From: a virus
Lineage: Duplodnaviria; Heunggongvirae; Uroviricota; Caudoviricetes
Reading direction: 5' to 3' (one strand)
Virus record (IMG/VR): IMGVR_UViG_2874920711_000012
Location: 1-33,220 of that record
DNA length: 33,220 nt
Below, in pieces: positions 1-9,972 of this stretch (the stretch's first letter is position 1; each line of letters begins with the position of its first letter). Under the pieces are notes generated by a model that had not been told where the DNA came from, did not search any database, and was given only the letters and a program-made list of their open reading frames with translations. The translations under genes and the position numbers were made by a program.

Positions 1-41
1 ATGGACTGGCAAAAGTGTAGCGGTATTAAGCGCAGCTATTT
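1..41 (+). mobile_element. IS630 terminal segment (partial copy, body lies upstream of the window)
   Basis: Positions 1-41 are the exact inverted complement of the terminus of the complete IS630 at 23547-23589, followed by TA (42-43). Encodes the same transposase C-terminal peptide MDWQKCSGIKRSYL. Confidence 0.7.
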
Positions 42-43
42 AG

Positions 44-279
44 ATAAATGCAGAGATGATTTGGAAAGTATCTTTTCTAAAAATCTTGTTTTGACTATCG
101 ATGTTCTTTTTAACAGAAAGAGTGGGGCAACCTTAAGACATAAATTAGCACATGGTAATTTATATACTAATGCTTGTTACGATGAAACAACGACATATGC
201 ATGCATCCTGATTTTCTTTCTGTGTGCTTATCCTCTCCTACCATATTTTGATACTGTTTTTGAACAGGGCTCTGTTTGA
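44..279 (+). pseudogene. 3' fragment of an AT-rich cargo gene truncated by IS630; contains an Rx4H (HEPN-like) motif RHKLAH
   Basis: Open frame continues from the IS630 end to a stop at 279; low GC versus the phage backbone; lies just upstream of cos at the P2 old/tin-type locus. Only the C-terminal ~78 codons remain in the window. Confidence 0.45.
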
Positions 280-430
280 TAACGTATACGTTGAGGCATA
301 AAACCTATGCATACTTAGCTGCATCAATTTGCACGAGGTATTTCAGTATGCATTTTCTGCGTAATAGTAGGGATTGCTTGGTTTGGTAGTTGTAATTCAA
401 CTGCATTCAAACCGACCCATGAAGCGGGCG

Positions 431-449
431 GGCGAGGCGGGGAAAGCAC
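431..449. other. cos: P2-type cos site (19-nt cohesive end sequence GGCGAGGCGGGGAAAGCAC)
   Basis: Exact match to the recalled P2 cohesive-end sequence, located immediately beyond the 3' end of Q as in P2. Confidence 0.75.
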
Positions 450-618
450 TGCGCGCTGGCGGTGGTGCTGATTTTATTTTTTCAGCGTCTCAGCGCGTCG
501 TGACGGCGCTTAGTCTGCCCGTTGGGGTGTTGGTGTGTCTGCGGGCTGTTTTGTGCTGTGGTGAGCGTGTGAGGGCGTGATGACGGGATGTAAAAAAGCC
601 GCCCGCAGGCGGCGATGT

Positions 619-1653
619 TCAGCCGTTGTCAGTGTCCAGTGAGTAGTTTTTAAAGCGGATGACCTCCTGACCGAGCCAGCCGTTTATCTCGCGGATCCTG
701 TCCTGTAACGGGATAAGCTCATTGCGGACAAAGACCTTTGCCACTTTCTCAATATCACCCAGCGACCCGACGTTCTCCGGCTTGCCGCCCATCAACTGAA
801 AGGGGATGCGGTGCGCGTCAAGCAGGTCAGCGGCGCTGGCTTTTTTGATATTAAAAAAATCGTCCTTCGTTGCCACTTCACTGAGCGGGATAATTTTAAT
901 GCCGTCGGCTTTTCCCTGTGGGGCATAGAGAAACAGGTTTTTAAAGTTGTTGCGGCCTTTCGACTTCACCATGTTTTCGCGAAGCGTTTCGATATCGTTG
1001 CGATCCTGCACGGCATCAGTGACGTACATGATATATCCGGCATGAGCGCCGTTTTCGTAATACTTGCGGCGGAACAGCGTGGCCGACTCATTCAGCCAGG
1101 CAGAATTAAGGGCGCTGAGATATTCCGGCAGACCGTACAGCTCCTGATTAATATCCGGCTCCAGCAGGTGAAACACGGATCCGGGCGCGAAGGCTGTCGG
1201 CTCGTTAAAGGACGGCACCCACCAGTAAACATCCTCCTCCACGCCACGGCGGGTATATTTTGCCGGTGAGGTTTCCAGTCTGATGACCTTACCGGTGGTG
1301 CTGTAACGCTTTTCCAGAAACGCATTACCGAACACCAGAAAATCCAGCACAAAGCGGCTGAAATCCTGCTGGGACAGCCACGGGTGCGGGATAAACGTTG
1401 AAGCCAGAATATTACGTTTGACGTAAATCGGTGAGCTGTGATGCACGGCAGCACGCAGGCTTTTTGCCAGACCGGTAAAGCTGATTGGTGGCTCATACCA
1501 TCTGCTGTTACTGATGCATTCGACGTAATCCAGAATGTCACGGCGGTCGAGTACCGGCACCGGCTCACCAAAGGTGAATACCTCCATTTTCGGGGCGCTG
1601 GCGGTCATTGTTTTTGCCGCAGGTTGCGGTGTTTTCCCTTTTTTCTTGCTCAT
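619..1653 (-). CDS. Q: Portal protein gpQ
   Basis: 344-aa ORF whose sequence and position (next to cos, downstream of P) match the P2 portal protein as recalled. Confidence 0.9.
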   Translation of the reverse strand: MSKKKGKTPQPAAKTMTASAPKMEVFTFGEPVPVLDRRDILDYVECISNSRWYEPPISFTGLAKSLRAAVHHSSPIYVKRNILASTFIPHPWLSQQDFSRFVLDFLVFGNAFLEKRYSTTGKVIRLETSPAKYTRRGVEEDVYWWVPSFNEPTAFAPGSVFHLLEPDINQELYGLPEYLSALNSAWLNESATLFRRKYYENGAHAGYIMYVTDAVQDRNDIETLRENMVKSKGRNNFKNLFLYAPQGKADGIKIIPLSEVATKDDFFNIKKASAADLLDAHRIPFQLMGGKPENVGSLGDIEKVAKVFVRNELIPLQDRIREINGWLGQEVIRFKNYSLDTDNG

Positions 1654-1714
1654 CAGTAAAACTCCAGAATGGTGGATGTCAGCGGAGTGCTGATACCGGC
1701 GGTGAGTGGCTCAT

Positions 1715-3424
1715 TTAACAGGGCGTGCATGGTCGCCCAGGCGAGGTCGGCGTGGCTGGCTTCCTCGCTGCGGCTGGCCTCATAGGTGGCCTGCGTCCGC
1801 TGCTGGTCATGGTCTTGCGGATAGCCATGAACGAGCTGGTGATGTCGGTGGCGCTGACGTCATATTCCAGACAGCCACGGCGGATAACGTCTTTTGCCTT
1901 GAGCACCATTGCGGTTTTCATTTCCGGCGTGTAGCGGATGTCGCGCGCGGCGGGATAGAACGAGCGCACAAGCTGGAACACGCCGACACCGAGGCCGGTG
2001 GCATCAATACCGATGTATTCGACGTTGTATTTTTCGGTGAGTTTGCGGATGGATTCCGCCTGGGTGGCAAAGTCCATACCTTTCCACTGGTGACGCTCAA
2101 GTATTCTGAATTTGCCACCGGCCACCACCGGCGGTGCCAGTACCACGCATCCGGCGCTGTCGCCACGGTGTGACGGGTCGTAACCAATCCATACCGGTCG
2201 GGAGCCGAACGGATTGGCGGCAAACGGCGCATAGTCTTCCCATTCTTCCAGCGTGTCGACCATGCAGCGTTGCAGCTCCTCGAACGGGAATACCGATGCC
2301 TTGTCGTCAACAAATTCACACATGAACAGGTTTTTAAAATCGTCGGCGCTGTTTTCGCGTTTAAGCGGCTCAATGTCGAACAGCGTGCAGCCACCTTTCA
2401 GGGCGTCCTCAATGGTGACAATCTGCCGCCACTGGCCGTCCGCACAGAGAAGCCCACCGGCAAGGGCGTTATGACTGATGTCGATTTCCACGCGTTCGGC
2501 GGCGCTGGCGCGTCCCCGGTTAAACAGTTCACCCGACCAGAACGGGTAGGCGTCGTGCGCCAGCGTGGACGGGGTGGAGAAATAGGTCGAGCGCAGGTGA
2601 CTCTGTGAGGCCATACCTGATGCCATCTTACGCAGTACCTGAAAATTCGGGATCCAGAACATCTCGTCGACGTACAGGTCGCCGTTATGGCTCTGCGCGG
2701 TGTTGGAGTTGGTGCCGAGAAAAATCAGTTTTGCGCCGTTATTGCCCAGGACAATCGGGTCACCGGTCAGGTCAACGTCAACCAGCCGGGCAAAGGCGAT
2801 GATGTATTCGCGGAACACATACGCCTGTGTTTTACTGGCCGACAGAAAAATCTGGTTATGACCGGTTTTCAGGGCGCGCAGCAGCGCCTCGCGGGAAAAA
2901 TAAAACGTCGCGCCAATCTGGCGGGATTTCAGGATATCGCGGATGCGGTGCTCAAGCCCGGCGCGATACCAGTGCAACTGATATTCGAAAGACTGCTCAA
3001 AGAAAATCTGCTCCAGCTTTTCGATGGCTTCGTCACTGAAAAAATTCTTTTTCGGTTTGCGACGCCCGCCTTTGTTGCGGTTAGCGACGTTCGGATTAAG
3101 GTCTGCCTCGTTGCCGGTCTGACTGTAGCGGTTGACCCGCGCCAGTCGTTCAATCTGGCGTCCCAGCAGGTCAATTTCCTTGAAGTCACCGCCGGTTTTC
3201 TGCGGTTTGATAATGAGCTGGGTCAGCCGCGCTTCCAGACTCATTTCGACACGGCTGATGGGGGCAACGCTGTCCCAGCCGTCGCGCTGTTTCCAGCTCT
3301 GCACCGTCGGGCGTTTCATCTGCAACATGGCGGCAATCTGCGGCACGGAAAACCCCTGCCAGTACAGCAGCGCCGCCTGACGACGCGGGTCGTGCAAAAG
3401 AGTGGTGTCTGTGGTGATGGTCAT
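1715..3424 (-). CDS. P: Terminase large (ATPase) subunit gpP, with an apparent C-terminal frameshift
   Basis: N-terminus MTITTDTTLLHDPRRQAALLYWQGF matches P2 gpP as recalled. The last ~25 codons of the ORF look out of frame, so the true stop is probably near 1656. Confidence 0.85.
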   Translation of the reverse strand: MTITTDTTLLHDPRRQAALLYWQGFSVPQIAAMLQMKRPTVQSWKQRDGWDSVAPISRVEMSLEARLTQLIIKPQKTGGDFKEIDLLGRQIERLARVNRYSQTGNEADLNPNVANRNKGGRRKPKKNFFSDEAIEKLEQIFFEQSFEYQLHWYRAGLEHRIRDILKSRQIGATFYFSREALLRALKTGHNQIFLSASKTQAYVFREYIIAFARLVDVDLTGDPIVLGNNGAKLIFLGTNSNTAQSHNGDLYVDEMFWIPNFQVLRKMASGMASQSHLRSTYFSTPSTLAHDAYPFWSGELFNRGRASAAERVEIDISHNALAGGLLCADGQWRQIVTIEDALKGGCTLFDIEPLKRENSADDFKNLFMCEFVDDKASVFPFEELQRCMVDTLEEWEDYAPFAANPFGSRPVWIGYDPSHRGDSAGCVVLAPPVVAGGKFRILERHQWKGMDFATQAESIRKLTEKYNVEYIGIDATGLGVGVFQLVRSFYPAARDIRYTPEMKTAMVLKAKDVIRRGCLEYDVSATDITSSFMAIRKTMTSSGRRPPMRPAAARKPATPTSPGRPCTPC

Positions 3425-3597
3425 GAATACCTCGCCGTGATGAATACACGGCAAGGCTACTGAGTCGCGCCCCGCGATTCGCTAAGGTGCTGTTGTGTCA
3501 GTGATAAGCCATCCGGGACTGATGGCGGAGGATGCGCATCGTCGGGAAACTGATGCCGACATGTGACTCCTCTAATCACTATTCAGGACTCCTGACA
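3425..3597. promoter_or_regulatory. Divergent P/O intergenic region, expected to hold the Ogr-dependent late promoters
   Basis: Position between divergently transcribed P and O, as in P2; no promoter motif was confidently identified in the sequence. Confidence 0.3.
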
Positions 3598-4452
3598 ATG
3601 GCAAAAAAAGTCTCAAAATTCTTTCGTATCGGCGTTGAGGGTGACACCTGTGACGGGCGTGTCATCAGTGCGCAGGATATTCAGGAAATGGCCGAAACCT
3701 TTGACCCGCGTGTCTATGGTTGCCGCATTAACCTGGAACATCTGCGCGGCATCCTGCCTGACGGTATTTTTAAACGTTATGGCGATGTGGTCGAACTGAA
3801 GGCCGAAAAGATTGATGACGATTCGGCGCTGAAAGGCAAATGGGCGCTGTTTGCGAAAATCACCCCGACCGATGACCTTATCGCGATGAACAAGGCCGCG
3901 CAGAAGGTCTACACCTCAATGGAAATTCAGCCGAACTTTGCCAACACCGGCAAATGTTATCTGGTGGGGCTGGCCGTCACCGATGACCCGGCAAGCCTCG
4001 GCACGGAATATCTGGAGTTCTGCCGCACGGCAAAACACAACCCTCTGAACCGCTTCAAATTAAGCCCTGAGAACCTTATTTCAGTGGCAACGCCCGTTGA
4101 GCTGGAATTTGAAGACCTGCCTGAAACCGTGTTCACCGCCCTGACCGAAAAGGTGAAGTCCATTTTTGGCCGCAAACAGGCCAGCGATGACGCCCGCCTG
4201 AATGACGTGCATGAAGCGGTGACCGCTGTTGCTGAACATGTGCAGGAAAAACTGAGCGCCACTGAGCAGCGCCTCGCTGAGATGGAAACCGCCTTTTCCG
4301 CACTTAAGCAGGATGTGACTGACAGGGCGGATGAAACCGGCCAGGCATTCACCCGCCTGAAAAACAGTCTCGACAGCACCGAAAGTCTGACCCAGCAGCG
4401 CCGCAGCAAAGCCACCGGCGGTGGCGGTGACGCCCTGATGACGAACTGCTGA
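3598..4452 (+). CDS. O: Capsid scaffold protein gpO
   Basis: Starts MAKKVSKFFRIGVEGDTCDGRVISAQDIQEMAETFDPRVYG; P2 gpO-like sequence and synteny (the ORF-track start at 3532 is an upstream extension). Confidence 0.9.
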   Translation: MAKKVSKFFRIGVEGDTCDGRVISAQDIQEMAETFDPRVYGCRINLEHLRGILPDGIFKRYGDVVELKAEKIDDDSALKGKWALFAKITPTDDLIAMNKAAQKVYTSMEIQPNFANTGKCYLVGLAVTDDPASLGTEYLEFCRTAKHNPLNRFKLSPENLISVATPVELEFEDLPETVFTALTEKVKSIFGRKQASDDARLNDVHEAVTAVAEHVQEKLSATEQRLAEMETAFSALKQDVTDRADETGQAFTRLKNSLDSTESLTQQRRSKATGGGGDALMTNC

Positions 4453-4525
4453 CCGGCGTCAGTCAGTCCGGGAAAACCTTCACGATTAACCCTTAATTTC
4501 AGGAAAAACTATGCGCCAGGAAACC

Positions 4526-5950
4526 TAATGCCGATCAGTTAAGGATCAGTTGACCGATCCAGTGGCTGTGTAAGAATCCGGAAACGCTCACTTGTTTCCG
4601 GATTTTTTTATGCACATTGGACAGGCTCTTGATCTGGTATCCCGTTACGATTCTCTGCGTAACCCACTGACTTCTCTGGGGATTACCTCGACCCCGAACT
4701 CATCTCTCGTTGCCTTGCCGAATCAGGTACTGTAACGCTACGCAAGCGCCGTCTTCCCCTCGAAATGATGGTCTGGTGTATTGTTGGCATGGCGCTTGAG
4801 CGTAAAGAACCTCTTCACCAGATTGTGAATCGCCTGGACATCATGCTGCCGGGCAATCGCCCCTTCGTTGCCCCCAGTGCCGTTATTCAGGCCCGCCAGC
4901 GCCTGGGAAGTGAGGCTGTCCGCCGCGTGTTCACGAAAACAGCGCAGCTCTGGCATAACGCCACGCCGCATCCGCACTGGTGCGGCCTGACCCTGCTGGC
5001 CATCGATGGTGTGTTCTGGCGCACACCGGATACACCAGAGAACGATGCAGCCTTCCCCCGCCAGACACATGCCGGGAACCCGGCGCTCTACCCGCAGGTC
5101 AAAATGGTCTGCCAGATGGAACTGACCAGCCATCTGCTGACGGCTGCAGCCTTCGGCACGATGAAGAACAGCGAAAATGAGCTTGCTGAGCAACTTATAG
5201 AACAAACCGGCGATAACACTCTGACGTTAATGGATAAAGGTTATTACTCACTGGGACTGTTAAATGCCTGGAGCCTGGCGGGAGAACACCGCCACTGGAT
5301 GATACCTCTCAGAAAGGGAGCGCAATATGAAGAGTTCAGAAAACTGGGTAAAGGCGATCATCTGGTGAAGCTGAAAACCAGCCCGCAGGCACGAAAAAAG
5401 TGGCCGGGACTGGGAAATGAAGTGACAGCCCGCCTGCTGACCGTGACGCGCAAAGGAAAAGTCTGCCATCTGCTGACGTCGATGACGGACGCCATGCGCT
5501 TCCCCGGAGGAGAAATGGCGGATCTGTACAGTCATCGCTGGGAAATCGAACTGGGATACAGGGAGATAAAACAGACGATGCAACTGAGCAGGCTGACGCT
5601 GAGAAGTAAAAAGCCGGAGCTTGTGGAGCAAGAGCTGTGGGGTGTCTTACTGGCTTATAATCTGGTGAGATATCAGATGATTAAAATGGCGGAACATCTG
5701 AAAGGTTACTGGCCGAATCAACTGAGTTTCTCAGAATCATGCGGAATGGTGATGAGAATGCTGATGACATTGCAGGGCGCTTCACCGGGACGTATACCGG
5801 AGCTGATGCGCGATCTTGCAAGTATGGGACAACTTGTGAAATTACCGACGAGAAGGGAAAGGGCCTTCCCGAGAGTGGTAAAGGAGAGGCCCTGGAAATA
5901 CCCCACAGCCCCGAAAAAGAGCCAGTCAGTTGCTTAACTGACTGGCATTA
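4526..5950 (+). mobile_element. IS4 (1425 bp) with 13-bp target-site duplication GCGCCAGGAAACC
   Basis: Terminal inverted repeats TAATGCCGATCAGTTAAGG at 4526 and its complement ending 5950; identical 13-bp direct repeats at 4513-4525 and 5951-5963. Confidence 0.9.
4610..5937 (+). CDS. IS4 transposase (apparent N-terminal frameshift near 4672)
   Basis: ATG at 4610 ([20 protein letters not shown]) shifts frame in a G-run; the remainder (ORF 4765-5937) matches IS4 transposase as recalled. Confidence 0.85.
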
Positions 5951-7025
5951 GCGCCAGGAAACCCGCTTTAAATTTAATGCCTACCTGTCCCGTGTTGCCG
6001 AACTGAACGGCATCGACGCCGGTGATGTGTCGAAAAAATTCACCGTTGAACCGTCGGTCACCCAGACCCTGATGAACACCATGCAGGAGTCCTCTGACTT
6101 TCTGACCCGCATCAACATTGTGCCGGTCAGCGAAATGAAAGGGGAAAAAATTGGCATCGGTGTCACCGGCTCCATCGCCAGCACCACCGACACCGCCGGT
6201 GGCACTGAGCGTCAGCCGAAGGACTTCTCGAAGCTGGCGTCTAACAAGTACGAATGCGACCAGATTAACTTCGATTTTTATATCCGCTACAAAACGCTTG
6301 ACCTGTGGGCGCGTTATCAGGATTTCCAGCTCCGTGTCCGTAACGCCATTATCAAACGCCAGTCCCTTGATTTCATCATGGCCGGTTTTAACGGCGTGAA
6401 GCGTGCCGAAACTTCTGACCGCAGCAGCAATCCGATGTTGCAGGATGTGGCGGTCGGCTGGTTGCAGAAATACCGCAATGAAGCCCCGGCGCGCGTGATG
6501 AGCAAGGTCACTGACGAGGAAGGGCGCACCACCTCTGAGGTTATCCGCGTGGGTAAGGGCGGCGATTATGCCAGCCTTGATGCACTGGTGATGGATGCGA
6601 CCAACAACCTGATTGAACCGTGGTATCAGGAAGACCCTGACCTTGTGGTGATTGTGGGACGTCAGCTACTGGCGGACAAGTATTTCCCCATCGTCAACAA
6701 AGAGCAGGACAACAGCGAAATGCTGGCCGCTGATGTCATCATCAGCCAGAAACGCATCGGTAACCTGCCGGCGGTACGCGTCCCGTACTTCCCGGCGGAT
6801 GCGATGCTCATCACGAAGCTGGAAAACCTGTCCATCTACTACATGGATGACAGCCATCGCCGCGTGATTGTGGAAAACCCGAAACTCGACCGCGTGGAGA
6901 ACTACGAGTCAATGAACATTGATTACGTGGTGGAAGACTATGCAGCCGGTTGTCTGGTGGAGAAAATTAAGGTCGGTGATTTCTCCACACCGGCTAAAGC
7001 GACCGCAGAGCCGGGAGCGTAACCG

Positions 7026-7318
7026 ATGACGAGTCCCGCACAGCGCCACATGATGCGGGTCTCGGCAGCGATGACCGCGCAGCGGGAAGCAGCCCGCTGC
7101 GACATGCAACTGTCTATGAGCAGATGCTGGTTAAGCTCGCCGTAGACCAGCGCACACTGAAAGCAATTTATTCAAAAGAGCTGAAGGCCGCGAAAAAACG
7201 CGAACTGCTGCCGTTCTGGTTGCCGTGGGTGAATGGCGTGCTGCCGCACGGCACCGCCGTCGAACTGCCCGACGTTCAGACCGCGCCCGTGGCTGAAACT
7301 GTCAATCTGTGGGAGTAA
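7026..7318 (+). pseudogene. M: Deletion remnant: 5' part of terminase small subunit gene M fused to the 3' end of tail gene X; L absent
   Basis: Starts MTSPAQRHMMRVSAAMTAQREAA (gpM-like), shifts frame at a C-run, and ends …LPHGTAVELPDVQTAPVAETVNLWE (gpX C-terminus as recalled). Only 296 bp separate the N stop from the Y start, where P2 has M+L+X (about 1.5 kb). Confidence 0.6.
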
Positions 7319-7321
7319 CGC

Positions 7322-7602
7322 ATGACAGCAGAAGAAAAAAGCGTTCTGTCGCTTTTCATGATTGGGGTGCTGATTGTTGTCGGCAAGGTGCTTGCCGGTG
7401 GTGAACCCATCACCCGCGTCTGTTTATCGGGCGCATGTTGCTCGGTGGTTTTGTCTCGATGGTTGCCGGTGTTGTTCTGGTGCAGTTTCCTGACCTGTCA
7501 CTGCCTGCGGTGTGCGGCATTGGCTCCATGCTGGGTATCGCCGGTTATCAGGTGATTGAGATTGCCATTCAGCGCCGCTTTAAGGGCAGGGGGAAACCGT
7601 AA
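7322..7602 (+). CDS. Y: Holin gpY (apparent frameshift near 7410)
   Basis: MTAEEKSVLSLFMIGVLIVVGKVLAGGEPIT… hydrophobic holin-like start; frame breaks at a C-run and the alternate frame runs to the stop overlapping the K start. Confidence 0.75.
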
Positions 7603-8099
7603 TGCCGGTTATTAACACGCATCAGAATATCGCCGCCTTTCTCGACATGCTGGCCGTGTCCGAAGGGACGGCGAATCATCCGCTGACGAAAAAACGGGGC
7701 TATGACGTGATAGTCACCGGACTGGACGGAAAGCCGGAAATTTTCACCGACTACAGTGACCACCCGTTCGCGCATGGCCGACCGGCGAAGGTGTTTAACC
7801 GTCGCGGTGAAAAATCCACGGCCTCCGGTCGCTATCAGCAGCTTTACCTGTTCTGGCCGCACTACCGCAAACAGCTTGCCCTGCCGGATTTCAGTCCGTT
7901 GTCACAGGACAGACTTGCCATTCAGTTGATCCGTGAACGCGGTGCACTGGATGACATCCGGGCGGGACGCATTGAGCGCGCCATTTCACGCTGTCGCAAT
8001 ATCTGGGCGTCCCTGCCGGGTGCCGGTTACGGTCAGCGTGAGCATTCACTGGAAAAACTGGTCACCGTCTGGCGTACCGCTGGCGGCGTACCTGCTTAA
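7602..8099 (+). CDS. K: Endolysin gpK
   Basis: 165-aa ORF in the P2 lysis cassette position after Y; sequence consistent with P2 gpK as recalled. Confidence 0.9.
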   Translation: MPVINTHQNIAAFLDMLAVSEGTANHPLTKKRGYDVIVTGLDGKPEIFTDYSDHPFAHGRPAKVFNRRGEKSTASGRYQQLYLFWPHYRKQLALPDFSPLSQDRLAIQLIRERGALDDIRAGRIERAISRCRNIWASLPGAGYGQREHSLEKLVTVWRTAGGVPA

Positions 8100-8113
8100 A
8101 CGGAGTAAACACC

Positions 8114-8539
8114 ATGAAGAAATTATCCCTTTCACTGATGCTGAACGTGTCGCTGGCGCTGATGCTGGCACTGTCCCTGATTTACCCGCAGAGCGTGGCC
8201 GTCAATTTTGTCGCCGCCTGGGCGATTCTGGCGACGGTTATCTGTGTGGTTGCCGGTGGTATTGGCGTGTATGCCACTGAGTATGTACTGGAACTCTACG
8301 GGCGGGAGCTGCCGCCGGAATCGCTGGCCGTGAAGATTGTCACGTCGCTGTTTTTGCAGCCGGTGCCGTGGCGCAGACGGGCGGCGGCTCTGGTTGTGAT
8401 GGTGGCGACATTTATCTCGCTGGTCGCTGCCGGGTGGATTTTTACCGCGCTGATTTATCTCGTAGCGTCGCTGTTTTTCCGGCTGATACGCACGGCCTGC
8501 CGTCAGCGTCTTGAGGGGCGGGAACCATGTCAAGGCTGA
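8114..8539 (+). CDS. lysA: LysA, multi-TM lysis accessory protein
   Basis: 141-aa strongly hydrophobic ORF directly after K. Confidence 0.8.
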   Translation: MKKLSLSLMLNVSLALMLALSLIYPQSVAVNFVAAWAILATVICVVAGGIGVYATEYVLELYGRELPPESLAVKIVTSLFLQPVPWRRRAAALVVMVATFISLVAAGWIFTALIYLVASLFFRLIRTACRQRLEGREPCQG

Positions 8540-8952
8540 TGATTGTACTGATTGTGTTGTTATCGCTGGCGGTGGCGGGTCTGTTTCTGGTGAAACACAA
8601 AAATGCCAGCCTGCGCGCTTCGCTGGACAGGGCGAACAGCGTCGCCAGCGGGCAGCAGACGACCATCACCATGCTGAAAAATCAGCTTCATGTTGCGCTC
8701 ACCAGGGCAGAAAAAAACGAGCTGGCGCAGGTGGCACTGCGTCAGGAACTGGAAAACGCCGCGAAGCGTGAAGCACAGCGCGAGAAAACCATCACGAGGT
8801 TACTCAATGAAAACGAAGATTTTCGCCGCTGGTACGGTGCTGACCTGCCTGATGCTGTGCGCCGGTTGCACCAGCGTCCGGCCTGCACCGACGCCAGTGA
8901 TTGTCGCCAACGCCTGCCCGAAAGTGAGTCTTTGCCCGATGCCGGGCAGTGA
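8527..8952 (+). CDS. lysB: LysB, Rz-like inner-membrane spanin
   Basis: N-terminal TM segment followed by a charged, likely coiled-coil region; position after lysA. Confidence 0.8.
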   Translation: MSRLMIVLIVLLSLAVAGLFLVKHKNASLRASLDRANSVASGQQTTITMLKNQLHVALTRAEKNELAQVALRQELENAAKREAQREKTITRLLNENEDFRRWYGADLPDAVRRLHQRPACTDASDCRQRLPESESLPDAGQ

Positions 8953-9097
8953 CCCGCAGACGAACGGCGATTTAAGTGCTGATATCAGGCAGCTTGAGAA
9001 CGCGCTGGCACGCTGTGCCAGCCAGGTAAAAATGATTAAACACTGTCAGGACGAAAACGATGCTCAAACCCGACAGCCTGCGCAGGGCGTTGACTGA
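8807..9097 (+). CDS. lysC: LysC, Rz1-like outer-membrane lipoprotein spanin, partly embedded in lysB in another frame
   Basis: MKTKIFAAGTVLTCLMLCAGCTS… signal peptide with lipobox-like LCAGC; overlaps the lysB 3' end out of frame. Confidence 0.65.
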   Translation: MKTKIFAAGTVLTCLMLCAGCTSVRPAPTPVIVANACPKVSLCPMPGSDPQTNGDLSADIRQLENALARCASQVKMIKHCQDENDAQTRQPAQGVD

Positions 9098-9527
9098 TGC
9101 CGTCACGGTGCTGAAAACTAACCCCGATATGCTGCGGATATTCGTGGATAACGGGAGTATTGCCTCCACACTGGCGACGTCGCTGTCGTTCGAAAAGCGT
9201 TACACGCTCAATGTGATTGTGACCGACTTTACCGGTGATTTTGACCTGCTCATCGTGCCGGTGCTGGCGTGGCTGCGGGAAAATCAGCCCGACATCATGA
9301 CCACCGACGAAGGCCAGAAAAAGGGCTTCACGTTTTATGCAGACATCAACAATGACAGCAGCTTTGATATAAGCATCAGCCTGATGCTGACCGAGCGCAC
9401 GCTGGTCAGTGAGGTGGACGGCGCGCTGCATGTGAAGAATATCCCTGAACCTCCGCCGCCGGAGCCGGTTACCCGCCCGGTGGAGCTTTATATCAATGGC
9501 GAACTGGTGAGCAAGTGGGATGAATGA
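9060..9527 (+). CDS. R: Tail completion protein gpR
   Basis: 155-aa ORF, P2 gpR-like sequence and position. Confidence 0.85.
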   Translation: MLKPDSLRRALTDAVTVLKTNPDMLRIFVDNGSIASTLATSLSFEKRYTLNVIVTDFTGDFDLLIVPVLAWLRENQPDIMTTDEGQKKGFTFYADINNDSSFDISISLMLTERTLVSEVDGALHVKNIPEPPPPEPVTRPVELYINGELVSKWDE

Positions 9528-9972
9528 GTTTAAGCGTTTTGAAGACCGGCTGGCCGGACTGACTGAATCGCTGTCACCGTCAGGGCGTCGGCGACTGAGC
9601 GCCGAACTGGCGAAACGTCTGCGTCAGAGTCAGCAGCGTCGGGTGATGGCACAGAAAGCCCCGGACGGCACACCCTACGCGCCACGTCAGCAGCAGAGCG
9701 CCAGAAAAAAGACCGGTCGCGTTAAGCGAAAAATGTTTGCGAAACTTATCACCAGTCGTTTTTTGCATATCCGCGCCAGCCCGGAACAGGCATCAATGGA
9801 GTTTTACGGCGGGAAGTCACCGAAAATCGCCAGTGTGCATCAGTTCGGTCTGTCGGAAGAAAACCGGAAAGACGGTAAGAAAATTGATTATCCGGCGCGT
9901 CCTCTGCTCGGCTTTACCGGTGAGGATGTGCAGATGATTGAAGAGATTATCCTGGCTCACCTGAATCGTTAG
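9520..9972 (+). CDS. S: Tail completion protein gpS
   Basis: 150-aa ORF, P2 gpS-like sequence and position. Confidence 0.85.
   Translation: MNEFKRFEDRLAGLTESLSPSGRRRLSAELAKRLRQSQQRRVMAQKAPDGTPYAPRQQQSARKKTGRVKRKMFAKLITSRFLHIRASPEQASMEFYGGKSPKIASVHQFGLSEENRKDGKKIDYPARPLLGFTGEDVQMIEEIILAHLNR

Larger units (their letters stand above)
4511..7022 (+). pseudogene. N: Major capsid protein gpN, interrupted by IS4 after codon 5
   Basis: ATG at 4511 encodes MRQET, then IS4; after the IS the duplicated target restores the frame (…RFKFNAYLSRVAELNGIDAGDVSKKFTVEP…), giving the full capsid body to 7022. Confidence 0.85.

Noticed and set aside
1-279. 92-aa complete protein starting MDWQKC
   Set aside because: The first 14 codons are IS630 terminal sequence in frame with a flanking gene fragment; there is no evidence this is a real start.
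374-580. 68-aa ORF spanning the cos region
   Set aside because: GC-rich frame overlapping the cos site with no RBS; most likely non-coding.
2687-3463. 258-aa plus-strand ORF, and similar long antisense ORFs (811-1269, 1092-1571, 8132-8533, 28665-29354, 30171-30743, 32189-33115)
   Set aside because: Each lies antisense to or out of frame within a conserved phage or host gene (P, Q, lysA, T, D, yegQ); typical GC-rich frame artefacts.
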